DNA from: Candidatus Methylomirabilis sp.
GTDB taxonomy: Bacteria > Methylomirabilota > Methylomirabilia > Methylomirabilales > Methylomirabilaceae
Length of the DNA: 24,449 bases
NCBI GenBank assembly: GCA_041498975.1
Contig: JBGQJI010000029.1
Coordinates: forward strand, 1 to 24,449
Reading direction: 5' to 3'
In this document: piece by piece, positions 8,794-17,011 of the stretch
Numbering within the stretch: the stretch's first letter is position 1
Layout of the letters: the number at the start of each line of letters is the position of its first letter
Position numbers and translations under genes: made by a program
The notes under the pieces: generated by a model
What the model was told of the DNA's origin: nothing
Databases searched by the model: none
The model's input: only the letters and a program-made list of their open reading frames with translations

Positions 8794-9540
8794 TCAGTCC
8801 GTCTGCTGGCAGTGTGTAGCGTGGAACGGAACGGGTCCGTGGGCCGGACCATCCTGACGGCGCCGCCGATCGAGAGACGCCTTGACGATCCCCAAGAGTG
8901 CATCTTGACTGGCGGAGGCCTCGACACGGCTCATGTTGGTCCGGTGCAAGCGGCGGCATACGAGGACATCCGGCAATAGCTCCATGACCGCCCCCTGCTC
9001 CCCCGCACGCAAAAACCACTCGGTATCATCTCCATGCTGCAGCCTGACGTTGAACTGACCTACCACGTCGAAGAGTCTCCGCCGGGCCAGGAGCGTTTGA
9101 GTGATATAGCCGGGCAACGCCCGCGAAAGGCGATGATCCCGCAACCGCTTCGCTTCTTCGCGCAGTTCCGGAACCCAGAAGTTCTGCACGTGCGTGACAC
9201 AGAGGTCCAGTTCGGGGCGGGCCTCAAACCGGGCCATCTGGCGAGCCAACTTCTCCGGATGCCACAGGTCGTCCGAGTCGAGAAAGGCGACAAACTCACC
9301 TCGTGCGGCGCTCACCCCCAGGTTACGAGTCGATGGCAACCCTGTGTGAGGCTGCCACAGGTGCCGAATTTGCTCGCCGTAGCCGGCCACCAGTTCAGGC
9401 GTGCCATCGGTCGAGCCATCGTCGGCGACGATGATCTCCAGCGGCCGATAGGTCTGCGCCCGGATGCTGTCCAGCGCCTCCCGCAGGTAGCGCTCGCCGT
9501 TGAAGACGGGCACGATACAACTGATCAGGGGGAGCGTCAT
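8794..9540 (-). CDS. Glycosyltransferase family 2 (GT-A)
   Basis: ISCIVPVFNGERYL, ADDGSTD, FLDSDDLW, GDDTEWF. Confidence 0.93.
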   Translation of the reverse strand: MTLPLISCIVPVFNGERYLREALDSIRAQTYRPLEIIVADDGSTDGTPELVAGYGEQIRHLWQPHTGLPSTRNLGVSAARGEFVAFLDSDDLWHPEKLARQMARFEARPELDLCVTHVQNFWVPELREEAKRLRDHRLSRALPGYITQTLLARRRLFDVVGQFNVRLQHGDDTEWFLRAGEQGAVMELLPDVLVCRRLHRTNMSRVEASASQDALLGIVKASLDRRRRQDGPAHGPVPFHATHCQQTD

Positions 9541-9552
9541 GACACAGCCGGC

Positions 9553-10299
9553 CTAGCGCTTTTGCTGCCAGCCTGAACCCGAGAACTCAGTGGACCAGGG
9601 GACCGCCTCATTCCGAAGTCGCCGACGATCGAGTGACCCTTTCACGATGTGCAAGTACTCATCGCGGCTCGCAGATGCCTCGCGCCGGCTGAGGTTGCAG
9701 TGGTGCATACGATGATATGTCAACACACCGGATAATAATTCCATGACCGCGCCATGCTCCGCGGCCCTTAAGAACCACTCCGTGGCGTCCCCATGCCGAA
9801 ATGCCGTATTGAACCGGCCCACCCGATCGAAGAGGGTGCGCCGCGCCAGGAGCGTGCCTGTGTAATAACCGGGCATCGCCTGTGCGCGCGGATGATCACG
9901 ATATTGCAGTTCTTCTTGGATCAGTTCGGGAATCCAGAAGTTCCGAACGTGCGCCACGCACAGGTCGAGTTCGGGGCGCGCCTGAAACCGGGACATCTGG
10001 CGGGCCAACTTCTCCGGATGCCACAGGTCGTCTTGGTCGAGAAAAGCCACGAATGGACCCTGCGCCGCGCTTAGGCCGAGGTTTCGCGTCGCTGCCGGCC
10101 CGGAGGTGGACTGCCGCAAGAGGCGAACCTCCTCGCTATAGGAAACCACCACTGCCCGCGAACCATCGGTCGAGCCATCGTCGGCGACGATGATCTCCAG
10201 CGGCTGGTAGGTCTGCGCTCGGATGCTGTCCAGCGCCTCCCGCAGGTAGCGCTCCCCGTTGAAGACGGGCACGATGCAACTGATCAGAGGAAGCGTCAT
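9553..10299 (-). CDS. Glycosyltransferase family 2 (GT-A)
   Basis: ISCIVPVFNGERYL, ADDGSTD, FLDQDDLW, GDATEWF. Confidence 0.93.
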   Translation of the reverse strand: MTLPLISCIVPVFNGERYLREALDSIRAQTYQPLEIIVADDGSTDGSRAVVVSYSEEVRLLRQSTSGPAATRNLGLSAAQGPFVAFLDQDDLWHPEKLARQMSRFQARPELDLCVAHVRNFWIPELIQEELQYRDHPRAQAMPGYYTGTLLARRTLFDRVGRFNTAFRHGDATEWFLRAAEHGAVMELLSGVLTYHRMHHCNLSRREASASRDEYLHIVKGSLDRRRLRNEAVPWSTEFSGSGWQQKR

Positions 10300-10309
10300 G
10301 ACAGGTGGC

Positions 10310-11071
10310 CTAGCGCTTTTGCTGCCAGCCCGAACCCGGGAACTGATAGGGGGCCGCTACCGACCCATCCCGACGTGGGCGGCGCCGATCAAGTGATGCC
10401 TTTAGCACCTGCAATAGGACGTCTCGTTCCCTTGAGTTAACGCGAGTCAAACCCCAGCTTATGTTGGTCTGGTGTAAACGGCGATACACGAGAACCTCAG
10501 GCAGGATCTCCATGACCGCCCCGTGCTCGGCCGCATGCAAGAACCAGTCTGTATCCTCTCCAGCAGGCAATCCGGTGTTAAACGCGCCCACCATATCGAA
10601 GAGCGTGCGCCGTGTCAGGAGCGCCTGGCAAACATACCCGGGTATCGCCGGCGCGAGGCGGGGATGGCCTCGATACCCCGAGGCCTCCCCCGCGAGCTCC
10701 GCGACCCAGAAGTTTTGCACGTGCGTCACACAGAGGTCGAGGTCGAGCCGCGCCTGAAAGCGGGCCATCTGGCGGGCCAACTTCTCCGGATGCCACAGGT
10801 CGTCCGCGTCGAGGAAGGCCACGAAGTCGCCTTGAGCCGCGCGTAGCCCCAGATTCCGCGCGGCCGCCGGCCCCGCGTTTGGCTGTGTCAGGTAGCGCAC
10901 GTGCTCCCCGAAGCCAGCCACCACGGCCGCCGTCCCATCGGTCGAGCCATCGTCGGCGACGATGATCTCCAGCCGCCGATAGGTCTGCGCCCGGATGCTG
11001 TCCAGCGCCTCCCGCAGGTAGCGCTCGCCGTTGAAGACGGGCACGATACAGCTAATCAAGGGAGGTTTCAT
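10310..11071 (-). CDS. Glycosyltransferase family 2 (GT-A)
   Basis: True start MKPPLISC at ATG 11071, which overlaps the kinase stop as ATGA. Motifs ADDGSTD, FLDADDLW, GEDTDWF. Confidence 0.93.
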   Translation of the reverse strand: MKPPLISCIVPVFNGERYLREALDSIRAQTYRRLEIIVADDGSTDGTAAVVAGFGEHVRYLTQPNAGPAAARNLGLRAAQGDFVAFLDADDLWHPEKLARQMARFQARLDLDLCVTHVQNFWVAELAGEASGYRGHPRLAPAIPGYVCQALLTRRTLFDMVGAFNTGLPAGEDTDWFLHAAEHGAVMEILPEVLVYRRLHQTNISWGLTRVNSRERDVLLQVLKASLDRRRPRRDGSVAAPYQFPGSGWQQKR

Positions 11072-12183
11072 GACCCGTTTGCCATCGCCAGAAGCTCCTC
11101 TACACGCGCCGGAATCTCCGACAGATCGTGGCCCAACTCCAGCCAGTAACTGGAAACCCGCTCGACGAGCTGAACCAGTCTCCCGAAGCCACAATCCTCC
11201 GGGCTGAGTGCCATGAAAAGGGAGCTCGGCCCCACTGCAAGGAGGGCTTCGCCTTTCGAAGCGGGGCGAATCCGTGACTGAGGGGCATCCACGATACGTG
11301 GAAGCGCCAGCGCCTTGATCGGCACGGAACATTCGAGCCGCTTCGGAAAGACCTGCGAAAGCAGAATGAGAGACTTTTCTTCGTAGGGAAATCTGCCCTT
11401 AATGGCATGAGGAATCAAGCCTGGAAACCGCGCCAGGTCATCCGTCTCCAAGAACACTGAATTATAGAGACTGTGGCCCACGAAGGAACCCTCCGGCAGA
11501 CGTTGCAGGCCGACAAAGTCTTCACTGAGATAGTTAAACCCAGCACACAGGCATGCCAAGGTTGAGGTGGACTTTCCAGACCCACTCCTGCCGGCAAAGA
11601 GGACCCCTTGCTGATTTCGGGAAACCAGGCCGGCGTGGATCACCTGTACATTGCGGTCGTTGTGCCACATCACCAACGGCCTGGTTAAGGGTTTTCCGCG
11701 TTCATAGATGAAGACATCATCGCTCCATGCTATGGAGCCGATGATGTGGTCAGCTTTCCGATCCAAGCAGGTGAAGGTATTCGGCAACCGCTGCCCCAAA
11801 TACCGGCCGTCGGGCGATACTGCCGTGACATCTGCCCATCCGGGGTCACGACGCGCCGGACCGAGACGAAGGCGGATGTTCGTTTCATTCTCATCCCAGA
11901 GGTCGATGGTGAGCTGAGGGTCGGGCGAGACGGATCCGTTCATTCGCAAATGGGAGAACGGGCGAACAATCTGCTCCGCCAGGTCCCGCCCCACGATACG
12001 TATCCGCACGATCTGACCCGCGAACGTGTAGTGCGACTCGAGGAGGCGATCTGGATTTGTCGCAACCGCTTGTCCAAAAGCAGTCCGCATCCTGCTGAAC
12101 ATGGCCTCGCCATCCAGGATGGCCCAGCCGCGGGCCACGCCCGCATATCGCACCGGAACCGTCTGCGCAGACGCGTCCTCCAT
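11068..12183 (-). CDS. HPr kinase/phosphorylase-like P-loop kinase
   Basis: IHAGLV, Walker A GRSGSGKST, acidic motif YLSEDFV and C-terminal YWLELG, typical of HprK-related kinases. RBS AGAAGGA upstream. Confidence 0.85.
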   Translation of the reverse strand: MEDASAQTVPVRYAGVARGWAILDGEAMFSRMRTAFGQAVATNPDRLLESHYTFAGQIVRIRIVGRDLAEQIVRPFSHLRMNGSVSPDPQLTIDLWDENETNIRLRLGPARRDPGWADVTAVSPDGRYLGQRLPNTFTCLDRKADHIIGSIAWSDDVFIYERGKPLTRPLVMWHNDRNVQVIHAGLVSRNQQGVLFAGRSGSGKSTSTLACLCAGFNYLSEDFVGLQRLPEGSFVGHSLYNSVFLETDDLARFPGLIPHAIKGRFPYEEKSLILLSQVFPKRLECSVPIKALALPRIVDAPQSRIRPASKGEALLAVGPSSLFMALSPEDCGFGRLVQLVERVSSYWLELGHDLSEIPARVEELLAMANGS

Positions 12184-12203
12184 GTCCTTCTTCTCCGATC
12201 GGT

Positions 12204-12656
12204 TTACCCTGGGGTTCCCTCGGTTGGCTCCTTCCAGGGGATCTCCTGGAGCGTGGGCATGGGCGGATCGAGGGCGAGCAGGTCTCCCATGTCACGATAG
12301 ATATTGAGCATGGGCGATTCGTAAGGTTTTCTATCTTCCGACTGAGTGTTCTCGTTCTGCCGAGGTGGTGGCGCGAGGTGTGACAGAACAACCAGGTTTT
12401 CTTGCATGAGTTCCCCCGCCAGCCGTTCGACGTCGGCTTGTGCCTGTTTGTCCGAGACGTCATAGCGCGAGACGATCGCCCCGATGATCTCCTGCAAACT
12501 GTGCCCCCCTTCGATCATCTCCCAGAGCAGACCCCCGACCTTGTCCATACTATAGTACATCCCGTTGGAGAGGTTGATGATGATCGCCTCGCCATCGAGG
12601 ACCTTGGCGGCGACCTCCGCCTCATTGGGGCGCAGGCGATTCTGCAGCGTCAGCAT
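12204..12656 (-). CDS. PqqD-family/RiPP recognition element (RRE) protein with a C-terminal leader-like extension
   Basis: AKVLDGEAIIINLSNGMYYSMDKVGGLLWEMI...YDVSDKQAQADVERLAGELMQENLV is a PqqD-type pattern. ATG 12656 has GGAGG about 6 nt upstream. A tail of roughly 55 aa follows the domain. Confidence 0.9.
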   Translation of the reverse strand: MLTLQNRLRPNEAEVAAKVLDGEAIIINLSNGMYYSMDKVGGLLWEMIEGGHSLQEIIGAIVSRYDVSDKQAQADVERLAGELMQENLVVLSHLAPPPRQNENTQSEDRKPYESPMLNIYRDMGDLLALDPPMPTLQEIPWKEPTEGTPG

Positions 12657-13770
12657 GAGCAGCCTCCTGGACCAGTTTCCGATAGAGCGCGACATAGGCA
12701 TCCACGCAACGTTCCAGGCTGAATAGCTTCTGTGCCCGGTGACGAGCGGTCTGACCCATCAGTATCGCTGATTCCGGCTGTTCGAGGAGCATGGCGATCG
12801 CCTCGGCGAGGGCCCCGCTGTCCTCCTTCTCGACGAGCAATCCGGTCTGTTGATGGACCACGACTTCCGGAAGCCCCCCGACATCTGTCGCCACGATAGG
12901 GCGGGCCATCAGGGCTGCTTCCAATGCCACTAGGCCGAAAGGCTCCTCCCATCGAGACGGCATGACGACCACTGTGGCAGTGTTGATCAGAGCCGGCACC
13001 TTGTCCGGGGCGACCCAGCCAGCGAAGTGTACAAGCCCGTTGAGGCCCAGCTCGGCCGCCTGCTGTTCCAACGCGGGCCGCGCCGCCCCATCCCCGGCAA
13101 TGACCAGGCGTGCATGAGGAAAGCGGCCACGCAGCGAGGCAAACGCCGTCAAGGCCAGATCAAAACCTTTATCATTGATAAGTCGGCCCAAGCACAGCAG
13201 CCGTGGCGTATCGCTGGGAAGGGGCTCAGGATTGAGGAGCGGCACGTCCAGGCCATTGTGAATGACGGAGGAGCAAGGGATGATCTCCGGCACTAGATGG
13301 CGAGCTTCGGCGAGCAACGCTGCCGAGCAAGCGGTGACCCAATCAGCACGGCGCAGAGTCTGTCCCACGAGGGTGTCATGGCCGAGATCCTTATTCGGCC
13401 CGGGTCCGTGCAATGTGACCAACAACGGCGCTCGATGAACATCTGCCGTCTGGAAATAGAAAAAGGCACTGGCACCGACGATGTGCATATGGACCACATC
13501 CGGTGCGAAGGCGCGCTTCAGCTTGGCGACCCGCTGCCGGACTTCCATCAGTTGGTCGATATTGGCATCGGCCAACGCCATCCAAAAAGGGAAACGGTAT
13601 ACGGGAACACCTTTGTACTGTGTTTCGCTCGGGAGATCTAGCGCAGCCTGCGGTGTCACCACGATGACCGCACAGTTACGCTCCCGCAAGGCCAGCGCTA
13701 CCTGCGCGAGCAGGACCTCGGCGCCCCCTATGATTGGCCAAAATGACTCCGACCATAGCAGGATCCGCAT
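12622..13770 (-). CDS. Glycosyltransferase family 4 (GT-B)
   Basis: MRILLWSESFWPIIGGAE (ATG 13770, GGAGGAGG upstream), LGRLINDKG, EPFGLVALEA, GGLPEVV. Confidence 0.93.
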   Translation of the reverse strand: MRILLWSESFWPIIGGAEVLLAQVALALRERNCAVIVVTPQAALDLPSETQYKGVPVYRFPFWMALADANIDQLMEVRQRVAKLKRAFAPDVVHMHIVGASAFFYFQTADVHRAPLLVTLHGPGPNKDLGHDTLVGQTLRRADWVTACSAALLAEARHLVPEIIPCSSVIHNGLDVPLLNPEPLPSDTPRLLCLGRLINDKGFDLALTAFASLRGRFPHARLVIAGDGAARPALEQQAAELGLNGLVHFAGWVAPDKVPALINTATVVVMPSRWEEPFGLVALEAALMARPIVATDVGGLPEVVVHQQTGLLVEKEDSGALAEAIAMLLEQPESAILMGQTARHRAQKLFSLERCVDAYVALYRKLVQEAAHADAAESPAPQ

Positions 13771-13974
13771 GACTAAGGCGACACCCTCCTCCTGGATGTG
13801 ATCAGCCTTGTAATGACCAGAGCAGTTTCTGTGCTCCCGCGCTCTCCAGCTCCAAGAATCTCGCCAAGCGGGTCTGTTGTTGCATTCATTTGCATGTTGC
13901 CGCATGCAGCCACACGACTGCCACACGGCACATCAACGAGTCTCTGCTCCCCCACTTCGGCCAGAGGCCGGGAA

Positions 13975-14691
13975 CTATTGCGCCGCTGAAGCTGACACAT
14001 CGCGACGCCGACGACGATCAAGGGACGCCTTCACGATTTGTAAGTATTGATCCCGACTGGCTGCCCCCAAGTGGCGCGTGCGGTTACCATGGTGTAAACG
14101 ACGATACAGAAGGACATCGGGCAACAATTCCATGACCGCCCCGTGTTCCACCGCGCGCAGGAACCACTCGGTGCTGTCTCCATGTTGCAATGCCTCGTCA
14201 AATTGCCCCACCGTGTCAACGAGAGCTCGCCGCGTAAGAAGCGCACAGGTGGTATACCCCGGCACCGCGTTCGTGAGGCGGGGATGACCCCTGTACCGTG
14301 CCGCCTCTTCCGTCAGCTCCGGGACCCAGAAGTTCTGCACGTGTGTGACGCAGAGGTCGAGGTCTGGGCGCGCCTCAAACCGGGCCATCTGGCGGGCCAA
14401 CTTCTCCGGATGCCACAGGTCGTCCGCATCGAGGAAGGCCACAAACTCGCCCTGGGCCGCCCCCAACCCCAGGTTGCGCGCCGCCGCCGGCCCCGCATTC
14501 GGCTGGGACAGATAGCACACCTGCTCCCCGAAGCTCGCCACGAGGGCCTGTGTCCCATCGGTCGAGCCGTCGTCGGCCACGATGATCTCCAGCGGCCGGT
14601 AGGTTTGCGCCCTGATGCTCTCCAGCGCCTCCCGCACGAAGCGTTCGCCGTTGAAGACGGGGACGATGCAGCTAATCAATGCGGGAGCCAT
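13975..14691 (-). CDS. Glycosyltransferase family 2 (GT-A)
   Basis: ISCIVPVFNGERFV, ADDGSTD, FLDADDLW, GDSTEWF. Closest to 17012..17761. Confidence 0.93.
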   Translation of the reverse strand: MAPALISCIVPVFNGERFVREALESIRAQTYRPLEIIVADDGSTDGTQALVASFGEQVCYLSQPNAGPAAARNLGLGAAQGEFVAFLDADDLWHPEKLARQMARFEARPDLDLCVTHVQNFWVPELTEEAARYRGHPRLTNAVPGYTTCALLTRRALVDTVGQFDEALQHGDSTEWFLRAVEHGAVMELLPDVLLYRRLHHGNRTRHLGAASRDQYLQIVKASLDRRRRRDVSASAAQ

Positions 14692-14721
14692 TTGTAGCCC
14701 TTGTTGAAAGCCAAGAACGTT

Positions 14722-15603
14722 TCACCCGAGCCTTACTGTCGCTTCCGCTCTGTAGCGTCGAGGGGTGATCTCGATTCTCCTGCCGGGCGGCACCGGGCCC
14801 GTCGGGGGCAGCGGACAGTTCAGGCACAGGTGATACTTCTCCCGCCGCCCCGCGATGAGGTCCTCGACAACCTGGACATGGCGTCCCGAGAGCCACAGGT
14901 CCTCCAGTGAATCTTGGTAGACGTTACCCAGTTTGAAGGCCCCGTATGTGTCCTCACAGCAGTTACACACCTCGCCGTCATGCTGGATGATCATGCGTAT
15001 GAGGGGGCGATGGCAGGGTGCATTGGCGTACGTGAAGTCCGGGATGGCCACGCGCGAGTCGGAAGGCACCAGGGCCTTGGGTACCCCGTTGCTGTGGCCG
15101 GACCGCACCCCCGATAGGCCAATGGGGTTGAAGGCGAGATTGGCGCCGGCGAGCCTGGCTTGCCAGTACCGCTTGGTCTCCTCTAGCTCCTCCTGCATCT
15201 CATAGTCGTACAGACCGACGACGATGAGCTTGTAAACGCTCTTGACCTCCTCGCACAGCACATCGTCGCGCCTGAGCCTGTCACCGTTGGTGTGAAGGTA
15301 AGGCTCCATGCCCCGCTTGTTTGCCTCCTTGGCGAGCATGACGTTGCGATCGTCGAGCAACGGCTCGGAATAGTGGTGAAACGCTACTCGCCCCATGAAT
15401 CCCATGCGTTGGGCTTGGTCGAGGAGGTCGAGGATCTTCTCCGTGGGCATCCGATTGAAGACGGCCTTCCCCGTTTCGTCGAGGTACTTTCCGGAGCGGT
15501 CATAGGTGCGGGGGCAAAACCAGCACGAGCGATTGCAGTTCGACTGCGACTCTATCAAGAGGCGCTCGAACAAGGGAATTCTGCTCTTAGACCGACCAGC
15601 CAT
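14722..15603 (-). CDS. Radical SAM enzyme with a C-terminal SPASM/twitch-like domain
   Basis: CNRSCWFC (CxxxCxxC), YSEPLLD, LHTNG, then PCHRP...DGEVCNCCED...LGNV...LEDLW...CLNC. ATG 15603 with GGAG upstream is preferred over TTG 15654. Confidence 0.9.
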   Translation of the reverse strand: MAGRSKSRIPLFERLLIESQSNCNRSCWFCPRTYDRSGKYLDETGKAVFNRMPTEKILDLLDQAQRMGFMGRVAFHHYSEPLLDDRNVMLAKEANKRGMEPYLHTNGDRLRRDDVLCEEVKSVYKLIVVGLYDYEMQEELEETKRYWQARLAGANLAFNPIGLSGVRSGHSNGVPKALVPSDSRVAIPDFTYANAPCHRPLIRMIIQHDGEVCNCCEDTYGAFKLGNVYQDSLEDLWLSGRHVQVVEDLIAGRREKYHLCLNCPLPPTGPVPPGRRIEITPRRYRAEATVRLG

Positions 15604-15656
15604 AGAGCTCTCCGATTCACCCGCCAGCGTGGAGGCTCCTGGGACCTCGGCCAACC

Positions 15657-15728
15657 CGCCTCGCCGGCGAGGACCTCGCTGGCAGCCTTCGTTTCATCGC
15701 GGCGGAGGTGATCCCGAAGCACCAACAT
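15657..15728 (-). pseudogene. N-terminal relic of a second PqqD/RRE gene
   Basis: MLVLRDHLRRDETKAASEVLAGEA aligns with MLTLQNRLRPNEAEVAAKVLDGEA of 12204..12656, and has the same 35-nt overlap with the upstream GT4 3' end. Confidence 0.8.
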
Positions 15729-16838
15729 AAGCGGCCCCATGGATCAGTCTCCGGTAGAGCGCGTCATAGGAATCGACGTGACGTTCCAAACTGAAGAGCC
15801 TTTGCCCCCGGACACGGCCAGCCCGCCCCATCTTCGTTGCTACTTCAGGATTATCGAGGAGCAATGCGATCGCGTCGGCGAGAGCCTCGCTGTCTTCCTG
15901 TTCGACGAGCAATCCGGTCTGCTGGTGCACGACGACTTCGGAAGTCCCCCGACCCGCGTCGCCACCACCGGGCGAGCCATGACGGCCGCCTGTAATGCCA
16001 CATTGGGGAGCCCCTCCCACCGAGAGGGCATGATGACGACTGTGGCAGTGTTCATCAGCTCCGGCACCTTGTCCGGGGCGACCCACCCAATGAAATCGAC
16101 AGAGTGGGTGAGTCTTAGCCCAGCGGCCTGCCGCTCCAACGGCGGTCGTGCTGGGCGGTCCCCACCGATGACCAGTCGTGCACGAGGGAAACGGTCACGT
16201 AGTGAGGCAAAGGCGCTCAAGGCGAGATCAAACCCTTTCTTGGGAACAATCCGACCCAAGCACAGCAGCCGTGGAGGATTACTCGGCAATGGCGCGGGAA
16301 AGAGACCGGGCTCGTCCAGGCCATTATGAATGACGCATGAACGGGGAGTGATCTCCGGCGCCAGTTGGCGGGCATCGGCCAGCAGTGCCTCCGAGCAGGT
16401 GGTAACCCAATCAGCGGTTCGTAGGGCTTGTCCCAGTAACGTGTCAGACCCTACAGCGTGGATCGGTAAGGCACTGCGGACCGTAAACAGAAACGGTGCT
16501 GGATACGCCGCGGCCGTGCGGAGGTGAAAATAGACAGCGGGGCCCGTATAGTTCATGTGAATCAGGTCGGGTTTGAAATGCTGCTTGAGCCTGACGGCCT
16601 GTTTCTGGATCTCCATCAACTGGCTCGGGTCACGCGTCGCCAGCGCCTTTCGAAAAGGAAAGCGGTGGATGGGAATCCCCCTGTGCTGGCCTGTATCTGG
16701 AAGATCGAGATGATCGTGCGAGGTCACGACGATGACCTCATAGCCTCGCTCCCTCAAGGCCGGGACGAGCTTGGCGGCGAGAACCTCGACGCCCCCAATG
16801 TAAGGCCAGAACAGCTCCGTCCAGTATAAGACTCGCAT
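15694..16838 (-). pseudogene. Glycosyltransferase family 4 with a 1-bp deletion frameshift near 15939 (pseudogene or sequencing error)
   Basis: The frame reads VGGLP|KSS. The continuation EVVVHQQTGLLVEQEDSEALADAI lies in ORF 15694..16086. The paralog has CCG GAA GTC where this copy has CCG AAGTC. Confidence 0.85.
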
Positions 16839-17011
16839 TGCCTGGCCGCTTCCCTCTTAGTCGATTCGATCTATTGTGCAGTGTTGCATCCGAGTCGTTC
16901 CCGCGGCCGCAATTGTTCAGTCACTAGAGCACCAGCAAGCAGGACCTTCGCCCCGTGCAGAGGAATGTGCTCCATCGCACTCGAACGATTAGTTCGCCCA
17001 ACTGCACCAGC

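Noticed and set aside
8794..11071. Regularly spaced repeats (period about 760 nt) suggesting a CRISPR or repeat array
   Set aside because: The repeats are conserved coding blocks of tandem GT2 genes, not short repeat-spacer units.
10310..11332. Extended N-termini in the ORF track (10310..11332, 12622..13926, 17012..17839, 7802..8590, 12204..12701)
   Set aside because: Paralog alignment, RBS positions and ATGA overlaps point to the downstream starts used in the feature list.
11068..12183. Calling the kinase hprK (carbon catabolite repression)
   Set aside because: It lacks the canonical HprK N-terminal domain and signature context and has no PTS neighbours, so it is treated as HprK-related only.
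12204..12330. A canonical lasso peptide precursor
   Set aside because: It has no Thr at -2 and no suitable core start or acceptor, it is fused to the RRE, and no cyclase or peptidase is in the window. It is kept only as a leader-like fusion.
12204..15603. PQQ biosynthesis (pqqD plus pqqE)
   Set aside because: No pqqA (ExxxY peptide), pqqB or pqqC is present, and the radical SAM protein is short and not recognisably PqqE.
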